DNA of 38,620 nucleotides from an uncultured Candidatus Saccharibacteria bacterium (GCA_964601935.1 CAZROP010000002.1:73299-111918); one strand, 5' to 3'; positions 1 to 9,837 are shown, counted from the stretch's first letter. The notes: generated by a model not told the origin, from the letters alone. Made by a program: numbers and translations.

Positions 1-375
1 GGCCAGGTATCAAAAGGTGCAATAGCAGATATGATGAATAAACACTTTCTGTCCTACGCAGGGGATGTGTTTGATATCACTCATGAGGATGGGTACTTCT
101 TTGTTTCGTTGAGTCATATGCGCAGTTTCTTTTATGTATATAGCTATGCATTCGGTCAGATCATTAGTCGTGCGCTGTACACCAAATGGAAGGAAAATCC
201 CACGTATGCAGAAAAGGTGCACCAGTTTCTATCTTCAGGATGCTCTATGAGCCCGCGAGATATATTCAGAAATATAGGGATTAATATTGCTGACCCTACA
301 TTTTTCGAAAGTGGTTTGCAGGCGATTGAGGCAGATATAGTCCGTCTGGAAAAGCTTGTCAAAAAGTCAAAATAG
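1..375 (+). CDS. pepF: Oligoendopeptidase F (peptidase family M3B), C-terminal fragment; the 5' end lies outside the window
   Basis: Frame 1 is open from base 1 to the TAG at 373-375. The tail ...SHMRSFFYVYSYAFGQIISRALY...FLSSGCSMSPRDIFRNIGINI... resembles the conserved C-terminal helical region of PepF-type M3B peptidases. The catalytic HExxH motif would lie upstream of the window. Confidence 0.7.
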   Translation, partial: GQVSKGAIADMMNKHFLSYAGDVFDITHEDGYFFVSLSHMRSFFYVYSYAFGQIISRALYTKWKENPTYAEKVHQFLSSGCSMSPRDIFRNIGINIADPTFFESGLQAIEADIVRLEKLVKKSK

Positions 376-432
376 TGCGGTCTGCGTGATTATCTTGAGG
401 AGAGATCAGGTCTGGCGATAATCTGCGCTACC

Positions 433-441
433 TGGTATAAT
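433..441 (+). promoter_or_regulatory. Extended -10 element TGGTATAAT, 9 nt upstream of the ATG at 451
   Basis: Exact TGnTATAAT match. No purine-rich Shine-Dalgarno sequence lies between it and the start codon. Confidence 0.55.
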
Positions 442-450
442 GTCTATTGT

Positions 451-1956
451 ATGAATCAACTGAAATCCTTGTGGCGTAAGTATAAAAAGAAATTAACTCC
501 ATGGCGTGTAGCTACTGGAGTCTTGATTATCGTCGTTATCCTCTGGGCTCTATTTAGACCTGCAGAACTAGTAGCACGATATACAGTAGAAAAAGGCACT
601 GTAGAGCGTGTCGTTTTGGCATCGGGGCGTGTCGAGGTTTCAGATCAGGTAGGATTAGGCTTTCAGCAATCGGGAACAGTTTCGAGGGTTTTAGTCGCGC
701 CTAGTCAAAAAGTAAGAAAAGGTCAAATGATAGCACAGTTGGATCTGGGTACTCTCGCGGCTGATTTACGTGAAGCACAGGCGAATCTCGCAGAAGCGAG
801 GTTTAAAAAGAGTAAAAATGCACTTGACGTCAGTCTCAGTACTGGTGTTCTCAGTACTGATATAAAAAATGCTCAGACTAATCTGGATACCTTGCGTACA
901 AAACTGCTTTCGAGTGACCTAGAGCTCTACCCTAAAAACTCTACACAGACGCAGGTAATCCCGCCACGTATTAGTGGGACCTATCGTGGTACAGGAGATA
1001 ATGCCTCGTATGTGGTGACCATATACCCATCTGCTAGTGCTAGCGGTGTTTCTGCCCGTGTTCAAGGGGGAGGCGCAGATATATCTGTGGTATTATCGGC
1101 CTATTCACCGAACCCTATTGGGTCTACAGGTCTATATATAGAGTTGCCCTCCACAGATTCTACTGCTAATAGTACATTGAAAAATACTGAATGGACATTG
1201 AATTTACCGAATACAGAGTCTGCGCAGTATTCCTCTACGCTGTATCAGTATCAGGAGGCAAAAAAATCATATGACACACTGATACAGAATCAGCAAAAAG
1301 ATATTCAGCTACTTCAGAATGGTTACAATGGGTATACAGAATATGACATTGCTATAGAGCGTGCGCAAGCAGCAGTAGATCGAGTACAGAGCCAGATTCG
1401 TCTACGCGGTATTTACTCTCCAGGTGCGGGTAGTATTGGGCGTATTGATTTGAAGCCTGGCCAGTCAGCAACCCAGGGAGTGGACGTGGTAACAGTCTTG
1501 GGCGAGGGGCAGCTACAAACAAAGTTGCGTGTACCTGAATCATCAATAGGGGGGATACAGATAGAGGATCCAGTGACAATAATTGCCGACATTGATCCAG
1601 ACACTGTATATACGGGTACTATCGCTAGTATTAATCAGTCAGAAACCTATTTAGAAGGTACACCTGTATACGAAACTACGGTAATTATATCAAAACCGGA
1701 AGTCTTGAAATCAGGGATGACTGTACGCGGTAGAATCATCACTGATAGTGCAGAGAGTGTTATCAAAATTCCAGAGTTAGCCTTATTCAAGGTAGACGAG
1801 AATAATTATGTCGTAAAGAAGTTTGTGAGTGCTGATTCTAATGACTCTATCGATATTCCTGTGACTATTAAATTACGGGGCAGTGATGGGGTGGTTGGGG
1901 TAACTGCTAGTGCGTTACAGCCTGGCGATAGCATAATGATGCAGAGTCCAGAATAA
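451..1956 (+). CDS. HlyD-family periplasmic adaptor / membrane fusion protein (MacA-like) carrying a large internal insertion
   Basis: N-terminal membrane anchor (VATGVLIIVVILWALF), a barrel-sandwich/lipoyl-like segment (GQMIAQLD), coiled-coil stretches, and a C-terminal beta-barrel region (GMTVRGRII...IPELALF). It sits directly upstream of an FtsX-type permease and an ABC ATPase. Confidence 0.8.
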   Translation: MNQLKSLWRKYKKKLTPWRVATGVLIIVVILWALFRPAELVARYTVEKGTVERVVLASGRVEVSDQVGLGFQQSGTVSRVLVAPSQKVRKGQMIAQLDLGTLAADLREAQANLAEARFKKSKNALDVSLSTGVLSTDIKNAQTNLDTLRTKLLSSDLELYPKNSTQTQVIPPRISGTYRGTGDNASYVVTIYPSASASGVSARVQGGGADISVVLSAYSPNPIGSTGLYIELPSTDSTANSTLKNTEWTLNLPNTESAQYSSTLYQYQEAKKSYDTLIQNQQKDIQLLQNGYNGYTEYDIAIERAQAAVDRVQSQIRLRGIYSPGAGSIGRIDLKPGQSATQGVDVVTVLGEGQLQTKLRVPESSIGGIQIEDPVTIIADIDPDTVYTGTIASINQSETYLEGTPVYETTVIISKPEVLKSGMTVRGRIITDSAESVIKIPELALFKVDENNYVVKKFVSADSNDSIDIPVTIKLRGSDGVVGVTASALQPGDSIMMQSPE

Positions 1957-1959
1957 TAT

Positions 1960-3216
1960 ATGGCGTTTATCCGTGACTTGCGATTAGCATTATTCCTGGC
2001 TGTTCGAGTGTTGGCTCGCAGTAGTCGACTAACAAGCGCGTTGATATTATTTATCATGACACTGACATTTGTTAGCCTGGTTGCTGTATCGGGTATATTA
2101 GTTGGTTTGATTGATGGGGGGAACAATGCTAATCGTGAACAGTACACGAGTGATATTATTATTACGCGTCGCGCTGGTGAATCCACGATTGCCGATACTC
2201 CGTTTATAGTGTCTCATCTAGAAAATAATCCCTATGTATCAAAGTATTCAGTGCGTAAGGGTGTAGGCGTCACTATAGAGGCTGATGTTGCAGAGCGTAC
2301 TGATTTTCAGAAAAAAGGCGATGTGGTCGGGACCCAGTTAGTCGGTATAGATATAATTGCAGAGGATCAGTTGACCCATCTATCCAAATATGTAAAGGAG
2401 GGACAGTTCTTGAACCCTGAAGAGAGTGGATATGTACTATTGGGTGCTGATCTGATCCGTCGCTATAATTCTGGGTTTGGAGATGGTTTTGATTCTCTCG
2501 ATAATGTATATCCTGGTGAGCGTGTGCGTATCACTGCGGGAGAGAAAGTATTTGATTTTATAGTAAAAGGAGTTGTAGATACAAAGGTAGGCGAAGTGTC
2601 TTTGCGAGCATTTGTTAATCAAACTGATTTAGCACTATTGCAGGAAGCAGGTGCACAGAATGCAAACGAAATTGCGGTAGAGGTTACTGATGCAGAGTAT
2701 GCACCTGTAGTAAAAGAATCCCTGATAGCTCAGGGTTTCGATAGGACAGCAAAAATACAGTTAGCGAGCGAAGCCATTCCTGACTTCTTGAATCAGATAC
2801 GTCTTGCTTTTGGGTTGCTCGGTAATATGATTGGGTTTATTGGGTTGATTGTTGCTGCGACTACGATATTTATCATAGTATTTATGAACGCTGTTACTCG
2901 TCAAAAATATATAGGCATATTAAAAGGCATTGGTATTGTACCACGTGTAATAATCGCATCATATATCATCCAGGCCCTCTTCTACGCATTTGTAGGTAGC
3001 GTGATTGCATGTGCTATTATCTATGGCTTGTTAGTGCCATTATTTGTCGCACATCCACTAGATTTTCCTTTCAGTGATGGAATTCTATCGGCTCCAATTC
3101 AGGGAACAATGACCAGGTTTGGTATATTGTTAATTATTAGTTTCTTCGCTGGCCTCATACCTGCATGGAGAATTGTTCGTCGCAATACTCTGAACAGTAT
3201 TTTAGGACGTTCGTAA
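1960..3216 (+). CDS. ABC transporter permease, FtsX/MacB type
   Basis: One N-terminal transmembrane helix, a roughly 230-aa extracytoplasmic domain, then three C-terminal transmembrane helices (FtsX-like topology). The gap to the adaptor gene is 3 nt. Confidence 0.85.
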   Translation: MAFIRDLRLALFLAVRVLARSSRLTSALILFIMTLTFVSLVAVSGILVGLIDGGNNANREQYTSDIIITRRAGESTIADTPFIVSHLENNPYVSKYSVRKGVGVTIEADVAERTDFQKKGDVVGTQLVGIDIIAEDQLTHLSKYVKEGQFLNPEESGYVLLGADLIRRYNSGFGDGFDSLDNVYPGERVRITAGEKVFDFIVKGVVDTKVGEVSLRAFVNQTDLALLQEAGAQNANEIAVEVTDAEYAPVVKESLIAQGFDRTAKIQLASEAIPDFLNQIRLAFGLLGNMIGFIGLIVAATTIFIIVFMNAVTRQKYIGILKGIGIVPRVIIASYIIQALFYAFVGSVIACAIIYGLLVPLFVAHPLDFPFSDGILSAPIQGTMTRFGILLIISFFAGLIPAWRIVRRNTLNSILGRS

Positions 3217-3229
3217 CAATATACTACTT

Positions 3230-3931
3230 ATGAAAAAAGAATGCGTTATACGAGCTTCAGGTATTGTAAAAAACTATCAGACGAATTCTGTTGTCACACA
3301 TGTGTTACGCAGTATTGATCTGGAAATATACCAAGGTGAGTTCATAGCTATTATGGGTAAATCGGGGGCAGGAAAGTCAACCCTGCTGTATCAGTTGAGT
3401 CTGTTGGATACTCCAACGCGTGGTACAATTTCGTATAAAAATCACATAGTTTCTGACGGAATAGAGTCAGTAAAGACGCAGTTTAGATTAGATCATTTTG
3501 GTTTTGTATTCCAGGATTACGCACTGTTCCCGGAGTTGACGGCACTAGAGAATATATCTTTACCGCTCATGATGCGAGGTCAGTCGTTTAATGCAGCAAG
3601 CGCACACGCTATGGATGTGTTACAAAGCCTTAGTCTACAGGATCAGGCTGAAAAACTGCCTAGCCGTATGTCGGGCGGGCAGCAGCAGCGTATTTCTATC
3701 GCCAGAGCAATAGCAGGGCACCCAGATGTGCTATTTGCTGATGAGCCCACCGCTAATCTGGATTCTGCATCTAGTGATGAGGTTATGGAGCTATTTTTGC
3801 AAGAGCATGCGAACGGGCGCACTATCGTTATGGTTACCCATGAGCCAGAATATGCAGAACTGGCATCGCGTGTTATTACTATCGCTGATGGAGTGGTTAT
3901 CTCTGACAAACTACAAAAAGGCAACTCATAA
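3230..3931 (+). CDS. ABC transporter ATP-binding protein (MacB/LolD-like)
   Basis: Walker A GKSGAGKST, Q-loop, ABC signature MSGGQQQR, Walker B VLFADEPT, and H-loop VTHE. Confidence 0.95.
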   Translation: MKKECVIRASGIVKNYQTNSVVTHVLRSIDLEIYQGEFIAIMGKSGAGKSTLLYQLSLLDTPTRGTISYKNHIVSDGIESVKTQFRLDHFGFVFQDYALFPELTALENISLPLMMRGQSFNAASAHAMDVLQSLSLQDQAEKLPSRMSGGQQQRISIARAIAGHPDVLFADEPTANLDSASSDEVMELFLQEHANGRTIVMVTHEPEYAELASRVITIADGVVISDKLQKGNS

Positions 3932-4002
3932 CCAGACTCTTTACATAATGCATCTCTGTATAGCGCGTAAATCTTGGTCGGATATTGTTTCTCAGAGCTA
4001 CT

Positions 4003-5187
4003 TTAGTTTTCCGCGATCTTTTTTAGATAGTTCCGTGCACCGAATAAAACTACTACAACCAAACTACTGGTCAGTACAAAACCAGCAATGGCTTCAACTA
4101 ATGTTTGAATACTAGAAAGCTGGATAATAAACCAAAAAACAGGGACGAATAGGTACGACAGTGGAGACAGCGACCTAAATAGTGCAATAGTGCTACGATG
4201 ACGATAATCAATATGGCGGAATATATACGATTCATTAGAGATTTCTAATGCAGCAGCCCCTACTCGTGTGAGGAATAGTGTAATAATAGGAAGCAGTAAA
4301 GTAGTACTGTTCTGAGTTGTAAGAAACGCAACCATAGCACAGGCCATGATGACCATGCTCAATGGCATGATCAGTGCCTCGGTTCGATATTTGTCAAGAA
4401 TCTTCCCCAGGGGAAATTGTATAAGAGGGAATGCTATAAGTGCTGACGCTATGATGACGCCTACCTGTGCCCAGGACCAGCCCAGTATGTCGTGCATATA
4501 TATAGGCACTATAGATATCATGCAAGCATAGAATATTTGTAGTACAAAATGAGAATAGATTGCTGGAATTACGTGAGTATTAAATGACTTGTTCTTCTCT
4601 GGTTTCGAGATTTGTTCTTGTCTCGTATGCTGTGATGAGTATATACTATATCCTAATAACAATAGAGCTAAAAATAGTCCCACAGCATAAACTATACTTA
4701 GGTCGGTATAGCGCTCGATGAGCGTAAATCCTAATAGTGGAGCGAATATCCAGCAGCAGTTTTGGAGTATCAGATAGATAGATCGAGTTCGTGCAGTTCG
4801 TGAGTCACGTGTTACATGCTCCAGAAGTTCATCACAGGAAAAGAATAAAGGAGATTCAATACCTAGGAGGACAAATACTGCAATAATTAACAGGAGAGAT
4901 GACGGTCCAGACAAGATCACTAGTAGAGATAGTGTTAATAGTAATGAAAAAACTATAATAGCGCGAGCAAAGAATGTTATACTGCGCTTTTTTAATATTA
5001 TTAGCCATACACCTGCAATACCAAAAATCGATAACATAATATATATGCTATCGATTTGGGGCTGTTGTAGTCCTGCTGAAATTAGGTACGAGCTATGAAT
5101 ATAGGCGGTAATAGAACTCAGTAGCGAGTATAATATCACCCTGGTAAATACCGACCGCTGAGCTTTTGTGTTTACTTGCGACTTCAT
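4003..5187 (-). CDS. MFS-type transporter
   Basis: A 394-aa polytopic membrane protein with about 12 hydrophobic segments in two halves, separated by a charged central loop (HTRQEQISKPEKNKS). Confidence 0.7.
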   Translation of the reverse strand: MKSQVNTKAQRSVFTRVILYSLLSSITAYIHSSYLISAGLQQPQIDSIYIMLSIFGIAGVWLIILKKRSITFFARAIIVFSLLLTLSLLVILSGPSSLLLIIAVFVLLGIESPLFFSCDELLEHVTRDSRTARTRSIYLILQNCCWIFAPLLGFTLIERYTDLSIVYAVGLFLALLLLGYSIYSSQHTRQEQISKPEKNKSFNTHVIPAIYSHFVLQIFYACMISIVPIYMHDILGWSWAQVGVIIASALIAFPLIQFPLGKILDKYRTEALIMPLSMVIMACAMVAFLTTQNSTTLLLPIITLFLTRVGAAALEISNESYIFRHIDYRHRSTIALFRSLSPLSYLFVPVFWFIIQLSSIQTLVEAIAGFVLTSSLVVVVLFGARNYLKKIAEN

Positions 5188-5192
5188 CCCGA

Positions 5193-7313
5193 CTAGGTTA
5201 CCACAATTACAGGAATCACGATAGGCTCTTTTTGGGTTTTTTGAACAAGGTATTTGTACACTTTATCAGTGAGATGTTTTTTGAAGTGGTCTATATCAAT
5301 ATCTTGTGTACTTGCCAGGTAGCTCTCACAGGTTTTTTTGATCAGAACGCGTACGCGCGATAGTAACTCGCGTGATTCACGAAGATATACAAATCCTCGG
5401 GAAACAATATCAGGTGTTTTGACGAGCTGGCGTGTTCTGCCATCAATTGTTGCTACTACTATGAACATTCCATTTTCAGATAGGGTGAGCCGATCTTCCA
5501 GGACTACTTTATGCATAGGGCCCACATAGGAGCCATCAACAATAAAGTTGCCTGTAACTGCCTTTTGTTTGAGTACCTGCATTTTATTTCCGCCTTCAGA
5601 AATTTCAATAACTGACCCATTTTCAGGAATGATAATATTCTCGCGTGGCGTACCCAGACTCATCGCTGCATCTGCATGCAGATGCAGGAACCACGGAGCT
5701 CCATGAACAGGCATGAAGTATTTGTATTTGATCTGAGTATGGATCCATTTTAATTCTTCTCGATTACCGTGACCAGATGCGTGAACAACATTATCCGCAT
5801 AGGTCAGTATTGTCGCACCGGTACTATACAGACCGTTCTTGAGTTTGTCTACGGCATAATCATTACCAGGCACGACAGACGATGACAGAATCACGGTGTC
5901 TCCTGTGGTAATTTTGATGAACCGGTGCTGATCGCGTCCTACACGATCGAGAACTGAGTATTTTTCACCCTGACCTCCTGTGACGAGGAACAAGAGTTTG
6001 TTTGGTGGGTATTTGTCCGCATCTTCCATTGGGACGATATGATCAAAATTCCCCAACCCTAGAAACTTTGCGATTTCAAGGTTTGACTTCATACTACGTC
6101 CATCGATTACTACTTTGCGCCCGTATTTGCGGGCACTGTTGAGGAATGATATCAGACGTTCTACTTGGCTGGAGTACGCTGCAATAAATAATCGTCCACT
6201 GACATTACCTATCATTTCGTCAATACTATTCCGTACTGCCTGTTCAGATGCAGACCAGCCTGGCTTGATAATACCAGTAGAGTCTATTGTTGCGAGTAGT
6301 ATGTTCTCGTCTTTGAAATGTGACCACTGTTCAAATTCTTCGGCTATTGGTACGCCGTCGCGACTTTCTACACGCACGTCACCGGTAGATAGAACCCCGC
6401 CATACGGTGTCTGTAGTATGATTCCTGTTGAATCAGGAATACTATGTGTAAGACCAAAGAACTTTACACGGAAGTTATCCGATAGTGTAATATATCGAGC
6501 CTCTTTGTCGACGATACGTATATCAAGCTTTGGAATATGAGGGAACTCTTCCATGCGCTTTTGTATGAGCATTGCAGTGAATTCGCGTGCATAAATTGGG
6601 GGTAGACCGAGTGCTTCAATATTATAAGGAATTGCATTGATATGGTCGAGATGGCCGTGGGTTATAACCATCGCACGTATTTTATGTTTATTCTGCACGA
6701 GATAGGTTACATCAGGAATAGTACACTGAATTCCTGGCGTGTCGGGATTTTTGAATCCTGCACCATCGTCAATAATAACAATGTCGTTACCGTATTCTAC
6801 AGCCATCATGTTGGTTGTAATCCATTCTACTCCACAGACAGGAATAATACGCAATACTCCTGCTTCGATAGGGGGAATGTTGAGCGTAGGTAATTCTGAT
6901 GCTACGTCAGAGTAGTTCTGTACGTGTTCATTACTATGTTTTCTAGAGAAACTGCCTCCTCCGGGGCCTGATCTGCGAGGGGTATTACCTCGTCGGGGGC
7001 CAGTCGAAGTTGTTGGCGCTGGGCCGCCGCGACCATCGTACTGGGGGCTATGTGCAGCTAGGTTGCGTGCAGGGCTCCTAGTAGAAGGAGTACGGCTTTC
7101 ATTGGTTCGAGAAAATCGTGCACGCTCAGGATGTGGCGCTGTGCGCGCGAATGTGCGTCGTGCTCCAGGATTTGTATCAGAAAAACGCACGTGCTTCACC
7201 GCAGGGTCTGTTGCTGGCTGGGTTCCTGTTTTTCTTTCGAAGGTTCGATAGATACGGGTCTTTGGGTTGTTAGTGGAAGTGGAAGGTTTTGGAGTGTTGT
7301 TTAGTTCTGCCAT
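5193..7313 (-). CDS. rnj: Ribonuclease J (metallo-beta-lactamase/beta-CASP) with a basic, low-complexity N-terminal extension of about 150 aa
   Basis: Contains the HGHLDH metallo-beta-lactamase motif, a beta-CASP region, and C-terminal domain motifs typical of RNase J (VHASGHG, MPVHG). The first ~150 aa are rich in Arg/Pro/Thr/Ser/Gly. Confidence 0.9.
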   Translation of the reverse strand: MAELNNTPKPSTSTNNPKTRIYRTFERKTGTQPATDPAVKHVRFSDTNPGARRTFARTAPHPERARFSRTNESRTPSTRSPARNLAAHSPQYDGRGGPAPTTSTGPRRGNTPRRSGPGGGSFSRKHSNEHVQNYSDVASELPTLNIPPIEAGVLRIIPVCGVEWITTNMMAVEYGNDIVIIDDGAGFKNPDTPGIQCTIPDVTYLVQNKHKIRAMVITHGHLDHINAIPYNIEALGLPPIYAREFTAMLIQKRMEEFPHIPKLDIRIVDKEARYITLSDNFRVKFFGLTHSIPDSTGIILQTPYGGVLSTGDVRVESRDGVPIAEEFEQWSHFKDENILLATIDSTGIIKPGWSASEQAVRNSIDEMIGNVSGRLFIAAYSSQVERLISFLNSARKYGRKVVIDGRSMKSNLEIAKFLGLGNFDHIVPMEDADKYPPNKLLFLVTGGQGEKYSVLDRVGRDQHRFIKITTGDTVILSSSVVPGNDYAVDKLKNGLYSTGATILTYADNVVHASGHGNREELKWIHTQIKYKYFMPVHGAPWFLHLHADAAMSLGTPRENIIIPENGSVIEISEGGNKMQVLKQKAVTGNFIVDGSYVGPMHKVVLEDRLTLSENGMFIVVATIDGRTRQLVKTPDIVSRGFVYLRESRELLSRVRVLIKKTCESYLASTQDIDIDHFKKHLTDKVYKYLVQKTQKEPIVIPVIVVT

Positions 7314-8926
7314 ATATGTTGTTTAAATTGGAGAGAGGTATTGATATACCAGTTTGGAATAGAGTTGAATCTATCGACAGTTGGATTATAGATAAGGTTT
7401 GAGTGTATTGGTAGCGACGATGGTCGGAATATATAAATATCTCGATTCAAATACAGAGGTAGTAGTACGTGTTCTTCAGAAATAGTTGTTTGAAGAGTGT
7501 TGTAGGTAGATCTGTATTGTTCAGGCGTATTTCCACGTTTTATGAGGATATCCGCGTTTTTATCAATAGTAGCATCAATCGTTTCTGTAATATTCAGTCC
7601 GGGGTCAGTTCGCTCGCTGGAATGCCAATAGGCATATGCATCGGATATGTGTCGATATCTCTGACCAAAGACAAGGAAGTTAAATGATCGTTTGGGTACT
7701 ATAGAATTTTTAAAGCCGCTAAAATCGAATACACGTGTTTCTACAGGTAGGCCAATAGAATTGAGTACTTTTGCAACGTTGGTTGCGAGTTCTACTAATA
7801 TTTCTTGGTTGACTGTGACGAGGACGCGTTGTGCCTGGGTAGGGGCAGACGGCAGTTCTCGTATACCTAGAGGCTCTATCTTATCACGATTCTTATAACT
7901 GTCAACTAATTCTTGGGTATTCCACGGTGGCAGTGGTTTGTCCCAAGGAAAACCGTACTCAGCAATTTCAACAGTACGGAGATAGGAATTTAATTTTGTC
8001 AGGTAAGACTGCTCTGTTGAGAGTTGGGATTTTGCGAATACTCCATATATGTCGGGATGAATAATAGGGATTCGCTCGTAACGGGCGTGGAGTTCAGTAA
8101 TCATACCAGTGTTCTCTGACTCCAGAACAAAACCATCTATATTGTGACTGTTAAATGATTTTATAATATCCTCCGTAGCACCATAATAGTGTAGCTCTAT
8201 ACGAGAAATATAGGCGGGTCTGTCTTTGAATTTTTTAAATACGGCAAGATGTGTGGCGGTTATTTTATCTTTCTGTAGAGAATGTTTGCGCACCTGGTAA
8301 GGGCCTGATCCTATCATCATAGATGCGAGAGTAGACTGACTTTCCATTTCCTTTACCGAGATGTTTTTCCAAATGTGTTCCGGCAGAATTCCAATGGTCA
8401 GAACCTCATCAAACCCTGAGAATGATTTAGGTAAAGTAAATGTAACAGTTAGCTCATTTATCTTTTGTACGGTGACACCTACAACTGACTGTGCCCAGGG
8501 GCTACGGTCACCGATCTTTTGGATAGATTCAATAGTAAATACTACATCTTTTGCTGTTACAGGGAAGCCGTCGTGGAATTGGGCGCCAGGTGCCAGTGTG
8601 CAGGTGATAGTGGTTTGCGCTGTAGAGCATGACCCTAGATCATCTACATAGGTATTCCACGAGGATTTGCGCAGTATTCCTGAATATACAAGACGAGACA
8701 ATGCCTGGTCGGTCGAGGTGGTTGCAAGAATAGGGTTAGGTGTAGTCGGATAGCCTACAACGCCCTCAATGTAGGTACCACCTTGTTCAGGTACTTTATG
8801 GGTAACATATGACAGGGCGATGGCACCAATACCAACACAGCCTATTACAATACATATCGCGGCTAGTCGAAATATTAATTGTTCGCTCGCATTCAGAGAA
8901 TCCAATAGTCTTGAGATTCTATTCAT
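7301..8926 (-). CDS. ABC-type solute-binding protein, family 5 (peptide/nickel type), membrane-anchored
   Basis: N-terminal anchor helix, a length of about 540 aa, and motifs such as GSGPYQV that are typical of family-5 binding proteins. Its stop overlaps the rnj start by 13 nt (ATGGCAGAACTAA). Confidence 0.75.
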   Translation of the reverse strand: MNRISRLLDSLNASEQLIFRLAAICIVIGCVGIGAIALSYVTHKVPEQGGTYIEGVVGYPTTPNPILATTSTDQALSRLVYSGILRKSSWNTYVDDLGSCSTAQTTITCTLAPGAQFHDGFPVTAKDVVFTIESIQKIGDRSPWAQSVVGVTVQKINELTVTFTLPKSFSGFDEVLTIGILPEHIWKNISVKEMESQSTLASMMIGSGPYQVRKHSLQKDKITATHLAVFKKFKDRPAYISRIELHYYGATEDIIKSFNSHNIDGFVLESENTGMITELHARYERIPIIHPDIYGVFAKSQLSTEQSYLTKLNSYLRTVEIAEYGFPWDKPLPPWNTQELVDSYKNRDKIEPLGIRELPSAPTQAQRVLVTVNQEILVELATNVAKVLNSIGLPVETRVFDFSGFKNSIVPKRSFNFLVFGQRYRHISDAYAYWHSSERTDPGLNITETIDATIDKNADILIKRGNTPEQYRSTYNTLQTTISEEHVLLPLYLNRDIYIFRPSSLPIHSNLIYNPTVDRFNSIPNWYINTSLQFKQHIWQN

Positions 8927-8975
8927 ACGTTTGGTGTCAACAGATTAGTACTGCTGGTCGATTAGATTGGTTAAA

Positions 8976-9212
8976 CTATCCGAGAATAACTTTGATAATG
9001 AGAGAGCCTGCGAGAATGATGGAAAAGAATAGGGTTGCGCGGTATAGAGTGAGCTCGAACCCGCGTTTGGTAGTACCAACAGATTCTCCACCAACAGAGG
9101 ATCCTCCGAAAGCTCCATCCATGCCTTTTTCACTATGCTGAAATAACACGCACACAACAATTAGCGCAGAGAGGATCATTTGCAGAATGGGAGAGGTAAT
9201 AAATTCGTACAT
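8976..9212 (-). CDS. secG: Preprotein translocase subunit SecG
   Basis: The 78-aa product MYEFITSPILQMILSALIVVCVLFQHSEKGMDGAFGGSS...TLYRATLFFSIILAGSLI has the SecG layout of a transmembrane helix, a Gly-rich loop and a second transmembrane helix. I trimmed the start to the ATG at 9212 because the upstream 70 codons of the tracked ORF look non-coding. Confidence 0.8.
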   Translation of the reverse strand: MYEFITSPILQMILSALIVVCVLFQHSEKGMDGAFGGSSVGGESVGTTKRGFELTLYRATLFFSIILAGSLIIKVILG

Positions 9213-9497
9213 AAAATAGGTATGTAGAGGTAAGTAAAAAATTAATAAATAATCAGGACGAATGATATTATACCGGTAGTAGGTAGATACGTTATTGAAG
9301 TATATGACGCAGCCCACCCATAATGCTACCGCTGTATAAATACCATGGTAATCAAAGAGACTCCATAACGCAATGGTAAAACTGTCAGGGCTACGAGTTG
9401 GTCGTATGTCAAGATTTGACAACTAGTTCGCACTCGCTTAAAATAGGTTCATTATCAGTTTGATGAGCATATGTCTCACAATATATGAAGTAAGTCT

Positions 9498-9815
9498 ATG
9501 TCAAAAACATCATTTCCATTACAACCACTATTCGACAGAGTTATTGTACGGCCTGAAGCACAAGAGCAAACAACTGCAGGGGGTATTATCCTGACTCAGG
9601 CGAAAAGCGATACCAAAATTATACGGGGTACAGTAATTGCGGTAGGCAAAGGTCGTATTACAGATTCTGGTAACATACTACCTCTGCAGGTATCGGTAGG
9701 AGATACTGTATTACTCTCTGCATCCAGCTACTCTAACGAGGAAATCGAGTATGAAGGCGTAACTTATACGTTGGTTAAAGAAGATTCATTATTAGCAGTC
9801 GTCACTACAGCATAA
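9498..9815 (+). CDS. groES: Co-chaperonin GroES
   Basis: PLFDRVIVRP...TAGGIIL...G.VIAVG and the C-terminal pattern are typical of Cpn10. It lies immediately upstream of groEL. Confidence 0.95.
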   Translation: MSKTSFPLQPLFDRVIVRPEAQEQTTAGGIILTQAKSDTKIIRGTVIAVGKGRITDSGNILPLQVSVGDTVLLSASSYSNEEIEYEGVTYTLVKEDSLLAVVTTA

Positions 9816-9837
9816 GCTATTTTCTAGAAATTATACT

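Noticed and set aside
9213-9422. 70-codon N-terminal extension of the tracked secG ORF (8976..9422)
   Set aside because: The extension is Tyr/Ile/Asn-rich with no SecG counterpart. Canonical SecG begins at the first transmembrane helix, which matches the ATG at 9212. A TATAAT-containing promoter-like sequence lies inside the supposed extension.
9423-9497. CIRCE (HrcA operator) upstream of groES
   Set aside because: I looked for TTAGCACTC-N9-GAGTGCTAA. Only a non-palindromic GCACTCGCTTAAAATAGG is present.
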